From a virus (Duplodnaviria; Caudoviricetes), in the IMG/VR virus record IMGVR_UViG_3300020577_011595, positions 18,496-82,495 of that record: a stretch of 64,000 nucleotides of DNA. One strand, given 5' to 3'. The notes beneath the pieces are model-generated. The model saw nothing but the letters and a program-made list of their open reading frames with translations, was not told the DNA's origin and searched no databases. The position numbers were made by a program, and so were the translations under genes. This document shows, in pieces, positions 18,226-28,105 of the stretch (position 1 is its first letter; each line of letters begins with the position of its first letter).

Positions 18226-20505
18226 TCAGGCGGTGGTGCTGTAGGGCACCAGGTGCACGACGATCGGCACGAAGTTGATCGGGTTCACAGGCGCGACCTC
18301 GACCGAGGTCGGGAACACGTCGCCGATCTGGTCGACGCGAAGGCTCTTCGCCTTCCACGCGACGATGACCTCGTCGGCCACGAGCCGGTCCAGCTCGTCC
18401 GCCGCGATGCCCTTGATCTGGCCGGCCGAGTTGGCGAGCGCGCGGTCGCCGATCTTCTCGTCGATCGCCGTGCGCAGGCGGTAGACGCAGTGGTCGAGCG
18501 ACTCGTTCGTCGACATCTCGGTGTAGGCCGCGATGCTCGACTGGAGGTGCGTCGTCACGGACCGCACCCAACGGATGCCGACCGTGTCCACCGACTCGGC
18601 GACCATCGCGCCCGAATCGATGAGCAGGTCGATGTCGTCCTCGACCGACCAGCTCGAATCGTTGCGGATGTCGAGCACGTTGAGGAGCTTGCGGGTCAGG
18701 GGCTCGGCGATGACAGAGCCCGCCTGCATGCCGGCAGCGACAGCCGCGAGCATGTAGGGCGGATACCACGTCGCCTCCCCGGTCAGCGGGTCGAACCGCT
18801 CCATCTCTTGCGAGATCGCGCTGATGTGCCGCGAGTTGATCGCGCGGATCTCGGACCGGAAGGTCGAGAGGGTCGCGCCCGCCCCGCCCGAGGTGCCGAT
18901 GCCCACGTAGCCGTTCGCCTCGGAGCGGAGCCGCCCCGCGCGGGCGCGCAGGTGCGAGAGCAGCAGCGAGTGCACCGCAGGGTCGCGCGTGAGCGGGACG
19001 ATGATGTTCACGCGCCGCTTCTGGAGGAGCGTGAAGGCCTCCTGCCACTGCGTGATCGTGGTCGTGCCCTCGGTGCCCCCCGAGAGGAAGACGGGGCTCG
19101 CGGTGTTCGCAGGCACGCGGGTCGCGCCCGTGGCACGCTCGGCCGTCACGAACTGCGAGTTGTCGTTGATCGCCTCGATGAACCGCTGGAGGTCGCCCGT
19201 GAACTCCACCGCGACAGAGAGGATGGACGCCGCGGACAGGTAGTCCGCGTTCGCCATGAGGAACTCCGTCGAGTCGGTCGCGAGCGCCGTGGCCGTGAAG
19301 CCGTCGAGGCTGTTGAGCTTGTCGACGACCCGCTGCACCGTCGGGAACGTCGAGTGCGCCGTCCGCGCGGCGTTCGTCGACACGGTGATCGCCCGCGCGC
19401 CGGCGACCTCGCCGAGCACCATCGCCGTGATGGAGCGGAAGGTGGAAGCGCCCGCGACGCCGCCGGAGCCCGCGGTCATGTCGAACCGCTCGAGGAGGAC
19501 CGCGCCCGCCGTCGAGGTGCCCACCATGATGACGTCGACCGCGGCGTTCGTGTCGATGGCGACGGTCAGGGTCGTGTCGGCGACGGGCGTGTTCGTGGTC
19601 AGCACGACGCCCCGCGTCAGCACGCCAGCCGCGAGGGTCGCGATGGTGTTGGGGGCCGTGTCGGAGACCGTCACGGTGCCCGCCGTCGCCGCGCTCTTCA
19701 CGACACCGAGGATCTTGGTCCAGTCGGTGCGCGTCGTGAGGACCGGGGTGGTGCCGGTCAGCGTCACAGTCTCGGTGCGGGGCGTGGTGCCCACGAGCCC
19801 GTAGACCGTCACGGTCTGCGTCGTGTCGGCGACGCTCGAGGAGACCACGCGGACCGCCGACGGGAAGCCGGCCGGAGCGGTCGCGGTCATCTCGGTCGTC
19901 AGGCCCGCCTCGGCCTTCGTGGCGGCGCAGGTGAAGTGCGTGCTCGTGATCACGCCGGTGATCGCCGAGTAGCCCTCGGTGCCCGGCGTGTAGAGCACGT
20001 CGAAGATGGGGTCGCCGCCGACGTCGTCGATCGTCTCGGTCGTGCCCTCGAAGATGATCGTGATGAGCTTGCCCTGCGTCGTGCCCGTGTCGACGTCGAT
20101 GTTGATCTGCTCGGTGAACTGGCCGTAGTCGACGCTGGTGAGATCGACCGAGGCGGCCGCGAGCGCGTCGGCGAGCTGCGCCGTCGACTGCTCGGCGGGG
20201 TTCACCTTGATCGGGACGATCTTCGATGCGCCGCCGCCCACCGCCTCGTCGAGGCTCGGCTCGAAGCAGAAGAGCGCGGCCGTGCGGAGGTCTCCGCTGC
20301 GGTACTGCGTCTGCGCGGTCTCCGGGCGCGTGAGGTCGTACTGCTCGTCGCACGTCAGGGGCACGCCACCCTCCGCCGTCCCGATGAGCGCGACGATGCC
20401 CACCGCCCCGGGGCTCGAGGCCTGGAGCGCCGAGGCATCGACCTTCGACACGGCCTGCGGCACGACGATGCGACGGCCGTTGAAGTAGATGGAGGTGGCT
20501 GCCAT
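18226..20505 (-). CDS. Tail sheath protein
   Basis: N-terminus IYFNGRRIVVPQAVSKVDAS, LSGGTEGT..W...F..L, and conserved C-terminus PVNPINFVPIVVHL. Contractile sheath of Twort-like type. Confidence 0.95.
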   Translation of the reverse strand: MAATSIYFNGRRIVVPQAVSKVDASALQASSPGAVGIVALIGTAEGGVPLTCDEQYDLTRPETAQTQYRSGDLRTAALFCFEPSLDEAVGGGASKIVPIKVNPAEQSTAQLADALAAASVDLTSVDYGQFTEQINIDVDTGTTQGKLITIIFEGTTETIDDVGGDPIFDVLYTPGTEGYSAITGVITSTHFTCAATKAEAGLTTEMTATAPAGFPSAVRVVSSSVADTTQTVTVYGLVGTTPRTETVTLTGTTPVLTTRTDWTKILGVVKSAATAGTVTVSDTAPNTIATLAAGVLTRGVVLTTNTPVADTTLTVAIDTNAAVDVIMVGTSTAGAVLLERFDMTAGSGGVAGASTFRSITAMVLGEVAGARAITVSTNAARTAHSTFPTVQRVVDKLNSLDGFTATALATDSTEFLMANADYLSAASILSVAVEFTGDLQRFIEAINDNSQFVTAERATGATRVPANTASPVFLSGGTEGTTTITQWQEAFTLLQKRRVNIIVPLTRDPAVHSLLLSHLRARAGRLRSEANGYVGIGTSGGAGATLSTFRSEIRAINSRHISAISQEMERFDPLTGEATWYPPYMLAAVAAGMQAGSVIAEPLTRKLLNVLDIRNDSSWSVEDDIDLLIDSGAMVAESVDTVGIRWVRSVTTHLQSSIAAYTEMSTNESLDHCVYRLRTAIDEKIGDRALANSAGQIKGIAADELDRLVADEVIVAWKAKSLRVDQIGDVFPTSVEVAPVNPINFVPIVVHLVPYSTTA

Positions 20506-20543
20506 GGTGGGGGTCTCCTCGGAACGTGGGTCGGGTCAGCGGT

Positions 20544-20807
20544 TCAGCGCGGGGCCGCCTGGAACGCGGCCAGCTCGGCCGCCCAGGCGCTCTTGGTGAG
20601 CTTGCGGGTGGGCCGCTTGCTGCGCTCTGTGTGCAGGAACGCCTCGACGACGGGGTTCCGCTTCGCACCCGAGAAGGCGCGCTCGGCCGTGAGCAGTACG
20701 TCCTTGCTCGGCAGCTCGGTCTGCTCGGCGCGGGGAGACGACGCGGAAGTCTCGAGGACCGCGGGCATGTCGTCGTCGGCCTTGGCTCTATCCTTCTTCG
20801 TCGTCAT
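20544..20807 (-). CDS. Small hypothetical protein upstream of the sheath
   Basis: Start reset to ATG 20807 (MTTKKDRAK). C-terminal helix LTKSAWAAELAAFQ. A small gene at this position is common in myophage tail modules. Confidence 0.6.
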   Translation of the reverse strand: MTTKKDRAKADDDMPAVLETSASSPRAEQTELPSKDVLLTAERAFSGAKRNPVVEAFLHTERSKRPTRKLTKSAWAAELAAFQAAPR

Positions 20808-21597
20808 CGCCAGCTCCAGGGGTGTAGGGTTCCACGCCACCGCGCAGGCCGTCCACTACGACATCCTCGCGGAACAGGCCAGTGACCCGCAGCTTGCGCC
20901 CGTCCCGGTAGGAGAGCACGCGGGGCACGGTCTCCATGACCTTGCACCGAACCGTCAGGACCCGGGCAAAGGCGTTCTCGGGGAGCACCATCTCCTCGGG
21001 GTTCAGCTCTCCGCCGCCGAACGAGGGCTCGATGAGCCCCGCGCCCGTGAGCGCCGCTCGAGCCCCGAAGAGGATCATCTTCGCCAGCCGGTAGAGGTAG
21101 GCGCACTGGTCGGGGTGCCCGGAGAGGATGTAGATCGAGAGGACCTGGGAGAAGAGACCACCCTCGTACTCCTGGTCCTCGCCGCCCGGCGCCAGCTCGT
21201 CCTGAAGCGTCTCGCCGACGAACTGCCCCAGGGGCACCTCGGCCTCCTCGTCGGACGACAGGGCGATCGACATCGAGGGCCACGTCCCGCCCACGCGGGG
21301 GAACCCGAGGTGGACCTCGGGCGGGTTCCGAGCGTAGTCGGCGACGAACTGCGCGACCTCGCCGTCGGCGACGGATGGCCCGAAGAGGTGCGTGAAGAAC
21401 CGGAGGCGCTCGCGCTCGTCGGTGCGCAGCCGCTCGATCTCGCCGCGGAGCACGGTCGCGATCAGCCGCTCGGGCATGCCGATCGACGTGCGGATCTCGG
21501 CGTACTGCGGGCCGCGGAAGAACTGCTCGTTGAAGCGGCGGTCGTCCGCCTGCGCGGTCCCGCCGAAGTTGCGCGCGCCCCTCGCCTTCCGGTTCAC
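20788..21597 (-). CDS. Tail terminator/completion protein
   Basis: Last neck gene before the sheath. Motifs EVHLGFPR...WPSMSIALSSDEE and SIYILSGHPDQCAYLYRLAKMILF. Confidence 0.7.
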   Translation of the reverse strand: MNRKARGARNFGGTAQADDRRFNEQFFRGPQYAEIRTSIGMPERLIATVLRGEIERLRTDERERLRFFTHLFGPSVADGEVAQFVADYARNPPEVHLGFPRVGGTWPSMSIALSSDEEAEVPLGQFVGETLQDELAPGGEDQEYEGGLFSQVLSIYILSGHPDQCAYLYRLAKMILFGARAALTGAGLIEPSFGGGELNPEEMVLPENAFARVLTVRCKVMETVPRVLSYRDGRKLRVTGLFREDVVVDGLRGGVEPYTPGAGDDDEEG

Positions 21598-22397
21598 GAC
21601 TTTGCTCCGGTGGCGTAGCCCGCCAGGTCGTGCGCGATCTTCTCCATCTTCGACTGCACCTTCTCGACGAGCCTACGCGCTCGGATTCCAGGGTGCACCC
21701 AATGCAGCCCCTCCGCCGAGGTGTGCTGCGAGATCGTGCGGAACGTCGTGTAGCCGGAGGTTTGATAGCGACCGGCGCGCGTGGGCTGCGCCTTGCGGAC
21801 CATGCTCATGTAGATCGACGTCGCGTGCCACGGCTTCTGGAGGCTCGACAGGATGCCCCGCGCGTCCTGGCCCATCTTGAGCCCGAGGTGGAGCCGCTCG
21901 CCCCACACGGTCGCGCGACCAGGCGCGCCGCCCATCGCTTCGCCGGGCCGGGAGATCGTGGGGGCGAGCTTCTTCGCCACGTCGTAGATCGGGCCGGGCA
22001 TCGGGGTGCCGACGTTCCGCCCGCCCGTGCCGGGGACGCCGTGCCGGAACGGGACCACGTTGTAGGGGCCGTTCTTGCCCTGCTTGACGTTGGGGCCCTT
22101 GAGCAACCACTGACGCAGGTCTCCGCCGGGCCAGCCCTGCTCGACCATGTTGGGGATCCGCCCCTCGAGCGCGATCTCGACCTTGTCGGCGCCGACGCCC
22201 ATGGCCGGCGCCGTGATGCCCGCGATGTAGTCCCGCGCCGTGCTCTTCAGCTCGGCCTGCGCGAGCTGCTTCCACGTCGCGCTCGCGGCCGCGCCGATGC
22301 CCCGCAGGATGCGCTCGCGGTCCTTCGTCGAAGGCAGGGACGCGAGGATCTGCGCGCGGGCACGCGAGAGGTCGACCGTGATGAGGCGCTCCGTCAC
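21594..22397 (-). CDS. Neck protein (HK97 gp10-like position)
   Basis: GTG start overlapping TGA 22394. Basic protein with NMVEQG, YNVVPFRHG, YTTFRTIS and WVHPG motifs seen in Twort-like neck genes. Confidence 0.7.
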   Translation of the reverse strand: MTERLITVDLSRARAQILASLPSTKDRERILRGIGAAASATWKQLAQAELKSTARDYIAGITAPAMGVGADKVEIALEGRIPNMVEQGWPGGDLRQWLLKGPNVKQGKNGPYNVVPFRHGVPGTGGRNVGTPMPGPIYDVAKKLAPTISRPGEAMGGAPGRATVWGERLHLGLKMGQDARGILSSLQKPWHATSIYMSMVRKAQPTRAGRYQTSGYTTFRTISQHTSAEGLHWVHPGIRARRLVEKVQSKMEKIAHDLAGYATGAKS

Positions 22398-23314
22398 AGG
22401 GGCACCTCGGGGCCGAACCCGGAGGGCCGCGCGAGCGGCTCGTCCATCGAGGGCAGCGCGTTCACGTCGGTCAGCCACATGAGCTGCGCCATCGCCTGCA
22501 CGGGCAGCGCCGTCGCGCGCGCGGGGATGGCCTTGCGCCCCACCACGTCGTCACGCGTGACGTGCATCCAGCTCGCCACCAGATAGATGGGGTGGAAGTC
22601 GTAGTGGATGCTCAGGAGCCCGCCCGTGGGCACCTCGCGGTCGCCCGCCGCCGTCCACCGGAGCCAGCCCTCGCGCGTGATGCGGAAGTGCGTGCCCTCC
22701 TCGAGCGGCACGAGCGTGCGACGACGCTCGCAGCGGTAGAGCAGTTTCGCGACCGAGACGATGCGGAAGCGCGCGGAGTCGCAGTCGTCCGGCAGCGTCG
22801 AGCGGCGACCGCGGCGGTTCCCCTTCGTCAGCAGCTCGTTGAAGGCGATCACGGCGTCGAGCATCTCGATGCTGTCGCGGTATCCGAGACGGTGCTTCGC
22901 GGCGGCCGTGACCTGCACCGCGCCCTGCTGGTAGATGCCGAACTTCTCGTAGACGCTCGTTCTCTTGTCGAACTGCGACATGAGGCACTGCACGTGGAGC
23001 GGGTCGACGTAGAGGTAGCCCCCACCGTCGCACTGCTCGCACGCGAGCTTCGCCTGGCTGGTCTCGGGCGACTGGCAGGGGCAGAGCATCGCCTTGCGCC
23101 ACGTGACGTGCTTGCCGTGCTGGAGCAGGACACGCTGGAACTCCTCCACCCGGAAGTCCGCGCGGAACTTCGTCGTCGGCAGCCCCTCGACCGACGTGTC
23201 CCGGTCCTTCACGGTCGCAGGCACGTCGACGCCCCGCGACGGCAGGCCCACGGGCTTCGCCGGCTTGATCGGAGGCTTGGGCTCCGCGAGCTGCGTCTTG
23301 ATCCTGTCGGTCAT
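22394..23314 (-). CDS. Head closure/neck protein with Cys cluster
   Basis: Start reset to ATG 23314. VTWRKAMLCPC...CEQCDGGGYLY is characteristic of SPO1/Twort-like neck proteins. Confidence 0.75.
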   Translation of the reverse strand: MTDRIKTQLAEPKPPIKPAKPVGLPSRGVDVPATVKDRDTSVEGLPTTKFRADFRVEEFQRVLLQHGKHVTWRKAMLCPCQSPETSQAKLACEQCDGGGYLYVDPLHVQCLMSQFDKRTSVYEKFGIYQQGAVQVTAAAKHRLGYRDSIEMLDAVIAFNELLTKGNRRGRRSTLPDDCDSARFRIVSVAKLLYRCERRRTLVPLEEGTHFRITREGWLRWTAAGDREVPTGGLLSIHYDFHPIYLVASWMHVTRDDVVGRKAIPARATALPVQAMAQLMWLTDVNALPSMDEPLARPSGFGPEVPL

Positions 23315-24405
23315 GCGGCCACGAAGCGGACGCCCTTGTAGTACCGGCGGAGAAGGGGGATCGCCTGCTTGATCTCCTTGAGGTACTGGATGATGCGTGC
23401 CCCGAAGCCGGCGTTGGTGGCCGAGGCGGTCGTGCCGATCGACTGCGAGAGACCGTCGAGCGACAGGGAGAGGTTCGCGATGCCGGCACCCGCGATGAGG
23501 TCGCCGAAGATGTTGAAGGGCCCGCACGCCGCGAGCTTGCCGATGATGTCGGCGATGTCCCTGGGGAGCTGGCCGCGACCGAAGCCCGCCGTGTACTCGA
23601 CGTGGAAGAGTTGCGGCAGGTAGGCCATGCCCGAGTAGATGGCGGGGAGGTAGGAGCCGCCCTGGCCGATCACGAACTCGCTCAGCGTGCCCGCGGTCGG
23701 GACGATCTGGAGCGTCCCCTTCACCTTGTCGAGTCGGATCCACTCCTCGGGGTACTCGACGATCGTCTGCCCGCTGGGGTACTGCACGCGGAAGGACTCG
23801 ACCGAGATCACGGGGTAGTTGTCGAGCTGGAGCAGCGAGAACGCGTTGTAGTCCTCGCGGTAGTAGTCGTGCGCTTCGGTGAACGACGTGGGCAGGATGG
23901 GGATGTCCAGCTCGTGCTCGATCGCGCGGATCGCCGAGATGATGTAGTGCTGGAAGACGTCGTCCGTCATCGGCACGCCAGCGTCGTTCGTGATGTCGAT
24001 GCCGAAGAAATACCGGGCCTTGAACTGCGCGACGGTGAGCAGCCCCAGCAGCGCGAGGCCCGCGCCTTCGATCTGCTCGCTCGGCTCGGTCAGCTCCGAG
24101 GTGCGGCTGTCGAGGTACCGCGTGCGGTAGAGGTAGTCGGGGCTCCCGTTGCGGTCGAGCACCGAGTAGGCGGTCCGGCCAGCCTCGAGCACGGGACGCT
24201 GCGCGGGCGCGGTGATCTCGGCCCACGTGAGGCCCTCGTCGGTGCTCCGCTCGAGGACGAGCCGGTCGTAGCCGTAGCGAACGACGTCCGCGATGGCCGC
24301 CTCGAAGACGGCCACGTCGATCACGGTCCCGCGCGCGCCCGCCGCGATGGCCGGAGCCGCCGCGTTCTCGACGGGGTCGATGAGCTGGTGTCGATCGTTC
24401 GCCAT
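23311..24405 (-). CDS. Head-tail adaptor protein with N-terminal extension
   Basis: HYIISAIRAIEHELDIPILP...LQLDNYPVISVE...EWIR and C-terminal SLSLDGLSQSIGTTASATN resemble Twort-like adaptor proteins. Confidence 0.75.
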   Translation of the reverse strand: MANDRHQLIDPVENAAAPAIAAGARGTVIDVAVFEAAIADVVRYGYDRLVLERSTDEGLTWAEITAPAQRPVLEAGRTAYSVLDRNGSPDYLYRTRYLDSRTSELTEPSEQIEGAGLALLGLLTVAQFKARYFFGIDITNDAGVPMTDDVFQHYIISAIRAIEHELDIPILPTSFTEAHDYYREDYNAFSLLQLDNYPVISVESFRVQYPSGQTIVEYPEEWIRLDKVKGTLQIVPTAGTLSEFVIGQGGSYLPAIYSGMAYLPQLFHVEYTAGFGRGQLPRDIADIIGKLAACGPFNIFGDLIAGAGIANLSLSLDGLSQSIGTTASATNAGFGARIIQYLKEIKQAIPLLRRYYKGVRFVAA

Positions 24406-24409
24406 GTCC

Positions 24410-24637
24410 TCACACCTTCACGGGCCGAAGACGGCCGGAAGAGCCTGGTCGCGCGAGGCCTGCGGTGATCGCCCGCGCCGTGCGCGACGCGGCGTCGAAG
24501 GCCGCATCCGAGAGCCTGCGCTCCTCACGCAGCCTGCGGAGGAGCTGCGTCGGCTCGCCTTCGACCACGGCCTCCGGTTCCGTCTCGTCGTCGAAGGCCT
24601 CGGTCTCGTCGGAGAGCTTCTTGGTGGCGATGCTCAT
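24410..24637 (-). CDS. Hypothetical protein (75 aa)
   Basis: ATG with GGAG upstream. Fills the gap and overlaps the upstream stop. Confidence 0.55.
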   Translation of the reverse strand: MSIATKKLSDETEAFDDETEPEAVVEGEPTQLLRRLREERRLSDAAFDAASRTARAITAGLARPGSSGRLRPVKV

Positions 24638-25083
24638 GCTGGTCTCCTAAGCACGTCGCGGAGGGTGCCCATCGCCTCCGTGATCTTGCCAACCGCCTCA
24701 CGAGTCGCCGCCATGTGATCCAGCGACTCCCGAAGGACCTCGCGGAGGTCCTCGTTCCGTCTCTCGTGCAACGCGTCGAACCGCTGCGCGTACCGCTGCG
24801 CCTCGACTGCGAGCTGCTCGCGCATCGCCGTCAGCTCTCGCTCGTGCTCGGCGCGCATCGCCGCGCGAGCTTCGCGCTCCGCGATGACCGCCTTGGTCCG
24901 CTCTTCGCGCTCGAGGAGCAGCGCCTTGGTGTGGGCCACTCGCTCGGTCTCGATCGCGGTCGTGCGCTCGTGCAGCCGCACCCACAACTCGCGCACGATG
25001 ATCCCGAGCCCCGCGTAGGTCGCGAGGATGACCACCACCGCCAGGCCGTGCCGTTCGAGGACGTCGCTCGCGAACTCCCACAA
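24634..25083 (-). CDS. Single-pass membrane protein with long coiled coil (holin/antiholin-like topology)
   Basis: TTG start with GGAGG. Transmembrane segment GLAVVVILATYAGLGIIVRELWV followed by an E/R/A-rich helix. Confidence 0.55.
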   Translation of the reverse strand: MWEFASDVLERHGLAVVVILATYAGLGIIVRELWVRLHERTTAIETERVAHTKALLLEREERTKAVIAEREARAAMRAEHERELTAMREQLAVEAQRYAQRFDALHERRNEDLREVLRESLDHMAATREAVGKITEAMGTLRDVLRRPA

Positions 25084-25095
25084 GGGAACCTCCCA

Positions 25096-25623
25096 TCACG
25101 AGATCGTGTACGTGAACTCGACAGCCATCGAGAACGAAGCGGGGTTGTTGGCGAAGGCCAGCGTGAAGTAGAGGCGGGCGTTGGCCCCGCTCGGGATGAC
25201 GAGCCCGTTCGCCATCAGCACGTCACCGGACGACGCGGGCAGCGTGTTGCCCACGCCCATCCCAGAGAGGCCGGCGAGGCTGGCGGTCGCGATCGGCAGG
25301 CTCATGTCGATCTGGTTGTTCCCGTTGAGCGAGCCCGCTGTCACGTCGAGAAGCCCGCTCACCCGGACGGTGTTGCCGATGCGCATGTAGCTGAACGCCG
25401 CGTCGGCCGCGGCGCTCAGATCGCCAGGGGTGATCGCCGCGACCGCCGGGGAGTAGGTGCCCGAGACGACGGCCGCGAGGGCGTCGTCGGCGCTCGCCAG
25501 GGCCGCCTGCACGTCGGCCCCAGCGACGACCGCGAAGCCGGAGTCGTCGACGGAGACGTCCCCCGCGGCGCTCGCGCCACCGCCCTCGGCGCCGCCCGGG
25601 AGGAAGAATCTCGCCAACGTCAT
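25096..25623 (-). CDS. Putative virion appendage/decoration protein
   Basis: Contains the ADVQAALA fibre-type motif and a C-terminal YMRIGNTVRVSG beta domain typical of fibre ends. Confidence 0.55.
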   Translation of the reverse strand: MTLARFFLPGGAEGGGASAAGDVSVDDSGFAVVAGADVQAALASADDALAAVVSGTYSPAVAAITPGDLSAAADAAFSYMRIGNTVRVSGLLDVTAGSLNGNNQIDMSLPIATASLAGLSGMGVGNTLPASSGDVLMANGLVIPSGANARLYFTLAFANNPASFSMAVEFTYTIS

Positions 25624-25633
25624 CCTGCCCTCC

Positions 25634-25990
25634 TCACACGCGCGGGACGCGCGAGATCGGGGTGACGATCATCGTGCCCGTGCCCGCGGCCATGATGGCC
25701 GCGATCTGGTCGTTGTGCCCCTTCCTGACGTTGATCTCGAACGCGGTGATCCCCCCGGTGCCGCCGAAGGGCGTCGAGGGGACAGCCGTGGTCGCCGTGG
25801 GGGGCACCGTGGCCGAGTAGGGGCCCACGCGGACCCATGCTCGGTTCGCCCCCGTGTCGAGGAACTGCACGAGGTAGCGGCCCGGCCGGAGCTGCACGGT
25901 CCGGGCCACCGCAACCGTGAGCGCCACCGAGGCGGACGGCCCGAGATCCGCGCCGTAGAAGTCGAGACGATCGTCGCCGATGGCACCCAT
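25634..25990 (-). CDS. Hypothetical (likely virion) protein, 118 aa
   Basis: Beta-rich, Thr/Ala/Val composition, within the head-completion block. Confidence 0.55.
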   Translation of the reverse strand: MGAIGDDRLDFYGADLGPSASVALTVAVARTVQLRPGRYLVQFLDTGANRAWVRVGPYSATVPPTATTAVPSTPFGGTGGITAFEINVRKGHNDQIAAIMAAGTGTMIVTPISRVPRV

Positions 25991-25993
25991 GGA

Positions 25994-26506
25994 TCAGTCC
26001 TCCTTGGCCTCTGCCGCCTCGAGCAGCTCGGCCTCGATCTTCTCCTTCAGCTCGGAGAGCTTCATCTCGGCGGTGAGGCCCTCGACACCGTGCAGCTCCG
26101 CGAACGCGAGCGCGTCCGCCTTGCTGCGGAGCGCGACGATCTCCTCCTTGAGCGCCGAAGCCTCGTCGACGGTCTCGGCGACGGTCTCGGCGACGGTCTC
26201 GGCGACCTTCTCGGCCTCGGGCGGGGCCGCAGGCGTGGGGGCGGCCCCGGGCGCGGCGGGCCGCAAGGGCGGCTTGGGAGCCGGCGCCGCGGCGGCGCCA
26301 GGCGTCGGGCCCGGTGCGGGGTCCTCGAGCGACGAGGCCTCGCGGAGCTGGCTCCACCCGGGCGTCGCGAGGAGGAAGTCGGCGTCCCGCTGCGGGATGT
26401 CGAAGATGCCGCGTTCGTCACCCTGCACGATGACGCGGTCGCCGTCCTTGCTCGTGAAGCGGAGCGTGATGCTCGCGCCCGCGAGGTTCTTGTTCTGGAT
26501 CTTCAT
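25994..26506 (-). CDS. Post-capsid protein with Pro/Ala linker and C-terminal HeH/LEM-like domain
   Basis: AAGG before ATG. C-terminal SKADALAFAELHGVEGLTAEMKLSELKEKIEA is helix-extension-helix-like. Confidence 0.65.
   Translation of the reverse strand: MKIQNKNLAGASITLRFTSKDGDRVIVQGDERGIFDIPQRDADFLLATPGWSQLREASSLEDPAPGPTPGAAAAPAPKPPLRPAAPGAAPTPAAPPEAEKVAETVAETVAETVDEASALKEEIVALRSKADALAFAELHGVEGLTAEMKLSELKEKIEAELLEAAEAKED
26167..26214. repeat. In-frame 12-bp tandem repeat (CGACGGTCTCGG)x3 plus one variant copy
   Basis: Read directly from the sequence. Encodes EKVA-ETVA-ETVA-ETV in the linker of 25994..26506. Confidence 0.9.
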
Positions 26507-26528
26507 CGAAGCCTTCCCTTTCGTCCTG

Positions 26529-26567
26529 AAAGAGAACGGGCGAGGGAGCTTGCGCCCACTCGCCCGT
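26529..26567 (-). terminator. Intrinsic terminator downstream of the major capsid gene
   Basis: Minus-strand hairpin ACGGGCGAG...GCAA...CTCGCCCGT (9-bp perfect outer stem) followed by TCTCTTT. Confidence 0.7.
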
Positions 26568-26621
26568 CCACACCGCCGCGCTCGCGAAGGCGCTCGCTGA
26601 GCCGGCTACCTCACGTCAGCC

Positions 26622-28037
26622 TCAGACGCCCAGCGAACCCGCCGCGCGACCGATGTTCTTCACCACGACGTTCTTGGTCGGGGTGTAGCACTTGACGGCG
26701 CCGTAGATGACCTGCGTCCAGCGGATCGACGTGTCGACCGCCGCGAGGGGGATGCGGGTCATCGGGAGGAGCTGCGACCACGAGAAGCTGCGGCTGTTCT
26801 GCATGAGCACGAAGCCCTTGCTGGTGCCGGGGATGTCCTCGTTGACGTCGGTGATGACCTGCGTGGCGCCCGAGCGGGCCACGCGCGTCATCAGCTTCGC
26901 CGTGCTCGCCGCACCGCCGAGCGTCGAGCGGAACACCTCGTAGAACGTGGTGTCGGGGCCCGCGTCGGAGACCGTGAAGGTCACGGCGTCGCCCGCCGCA
27001 ACGGCCACGCTGGCCGAGGTCACGGCCGCCGAGAGACCGCTCTTGTTGCCCGCCACCACCTTGTAGATGTAGGTGCCGGCGTCCGCCGTGCCGAACTGCG
27101 AGCTGGCGCTCGCACCGGCCGCCGGAGCGACCGTGATCGTCGGGGTGCCGGGGCGCTTGTCCGCGCGTCCGAGCGCAGCCGAGCGAGCCGCCTGGCCGGG
27201 CGTGATGAACACGTGGTCGTGCAGGTTGATCTTGCCGTGCTGGCCCTGGAACGCGGTGATCGTCGTGCCGAGGGTGCCGGGCGCGGGGGCGTACGCGAAC
27301 CGCTGGCGGTCGTACACCTGCTTCGCGAGGTCGGCGTAGGGGCCGGTCCCGAAGTAGGCGTCGGTGGCCTGCCCGTAGTTGTCGCGGATGGTGAGCAGCA
27401 TGTCGTTGAGGGCGTCCTCGGTGAGCACGCCGCCACGCAGGTCGATCACGTTGTCCGGCGCGCCGTCCTCGACGAGCTTGTAGAGGCCGTCCCACTGCTC
27501 GGGGATGAGCGTGGAGTCGCCGAAGAACAGGGCGTTCTCGAGGTTCCGCAGCAGCTCCATGGTCTTGTTCATCGTCTCGAGGGCGATGACGTTGCCGTGC
27601 GCCGCGCGGATCGTGTTCGCGACGTGCGTCACGCGACCCGTGATGCCCAGGAACTTGATCAGCACCGTGACGCGCTCGAAGGTGCTGTCCTGCTCGTCGG
27701 GCAGGCCGCCCTCGGAGAAGAACCCCTGGTTGAACGAGCGAGCGCCGCCCTCGCCGTAGGAGACGAGGCGGTTGAACTCCTCGACCGTGTTGCTCGCGGG
27801 CACCTTCGGGATGGACTTGAAGAGCTTGATCTCGTCCATCTCGTAGGTGAGGTTCTTGAGCGTCGCCTCCAGCGACTCGGTGCGGAGAGGGAAGCCCTCG
27901 CCCGCGGCCGTGCCGGGGTTGTTGACGTCGCTGCCTGCGCTGAGCGCCTTGTGCAGGTCGGCGATCTCCGTGGCCGAGGCTCCGATGCCTCCCGCGGCGC
28001 TCCCGTAGTCCTGCATCGAAACGAAGGGTCCGAGCAT
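26622..28037 (-). CDS. Major capsid protein (SPO1/Twort-like)
   Basis: Start ATG 28037 with AAAGGA. PLRTESLEATLKNLTY..EIKLFKSIPKVPASNTVEEFNR and LENALFFGDSTL match Herelleviridae-type MCPs, including the inserted TYIYKVVA Ig-like domain. Confidence 0.93.
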   Translation of the reverse strand: MLGPFVSMQDYGSAAGGIGASATEIADLHKALSAGSDVNNPGTAAGEGFPLRTESLEATLKNLTYEMDEIKLFKSIPKVPASNTVEEFNRLVSYGEGGARSFNQGFFSEGGLPDEQDSTFERVTVLIKFLGITGRVTHVANTIRAAHGNVIALETMNKTMELLRNLENALFFGDSTLIPEQWDGLYKLVEDGAPDNVIDLRGGVLTEDALNDMLLTIRDNYGQATDAYFGTGPYADLAKQVYDRQRFAYAPAPGTLGTTITAFQGQHGKINLHDHVFITPGQAARSAALGRADKRPGTPTITVAPAAGASASSQFGTADAGTYIYKVVAGNKSGLSAAVTSASVAVAAGDAVTFTVSDAGPDTTFYEVFRSTLGGAASTAKLMTRVARSGATQVITDVNEDIPGTSKGFVLMQNSRSFSWSQLLPMTRIPLAAVDTSIRWTQVIYGAVKCYTPTKNVVVKNIGRAAGSLGV

Positions 28038-28105
28038 GGTGCGTATCCTTTCTGGTGCCTGTTCCGTTCCGTGAGGATCGGGGTGAGTGCGTGGTGACGA
28101 CGTGA

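Noticed and set aside
26167-26214. 12-bp tandem repeat as a phase-variation device
   Set aside because: The unit is a multiple of three inside a disordered linker, so copy change would only alter linker length.
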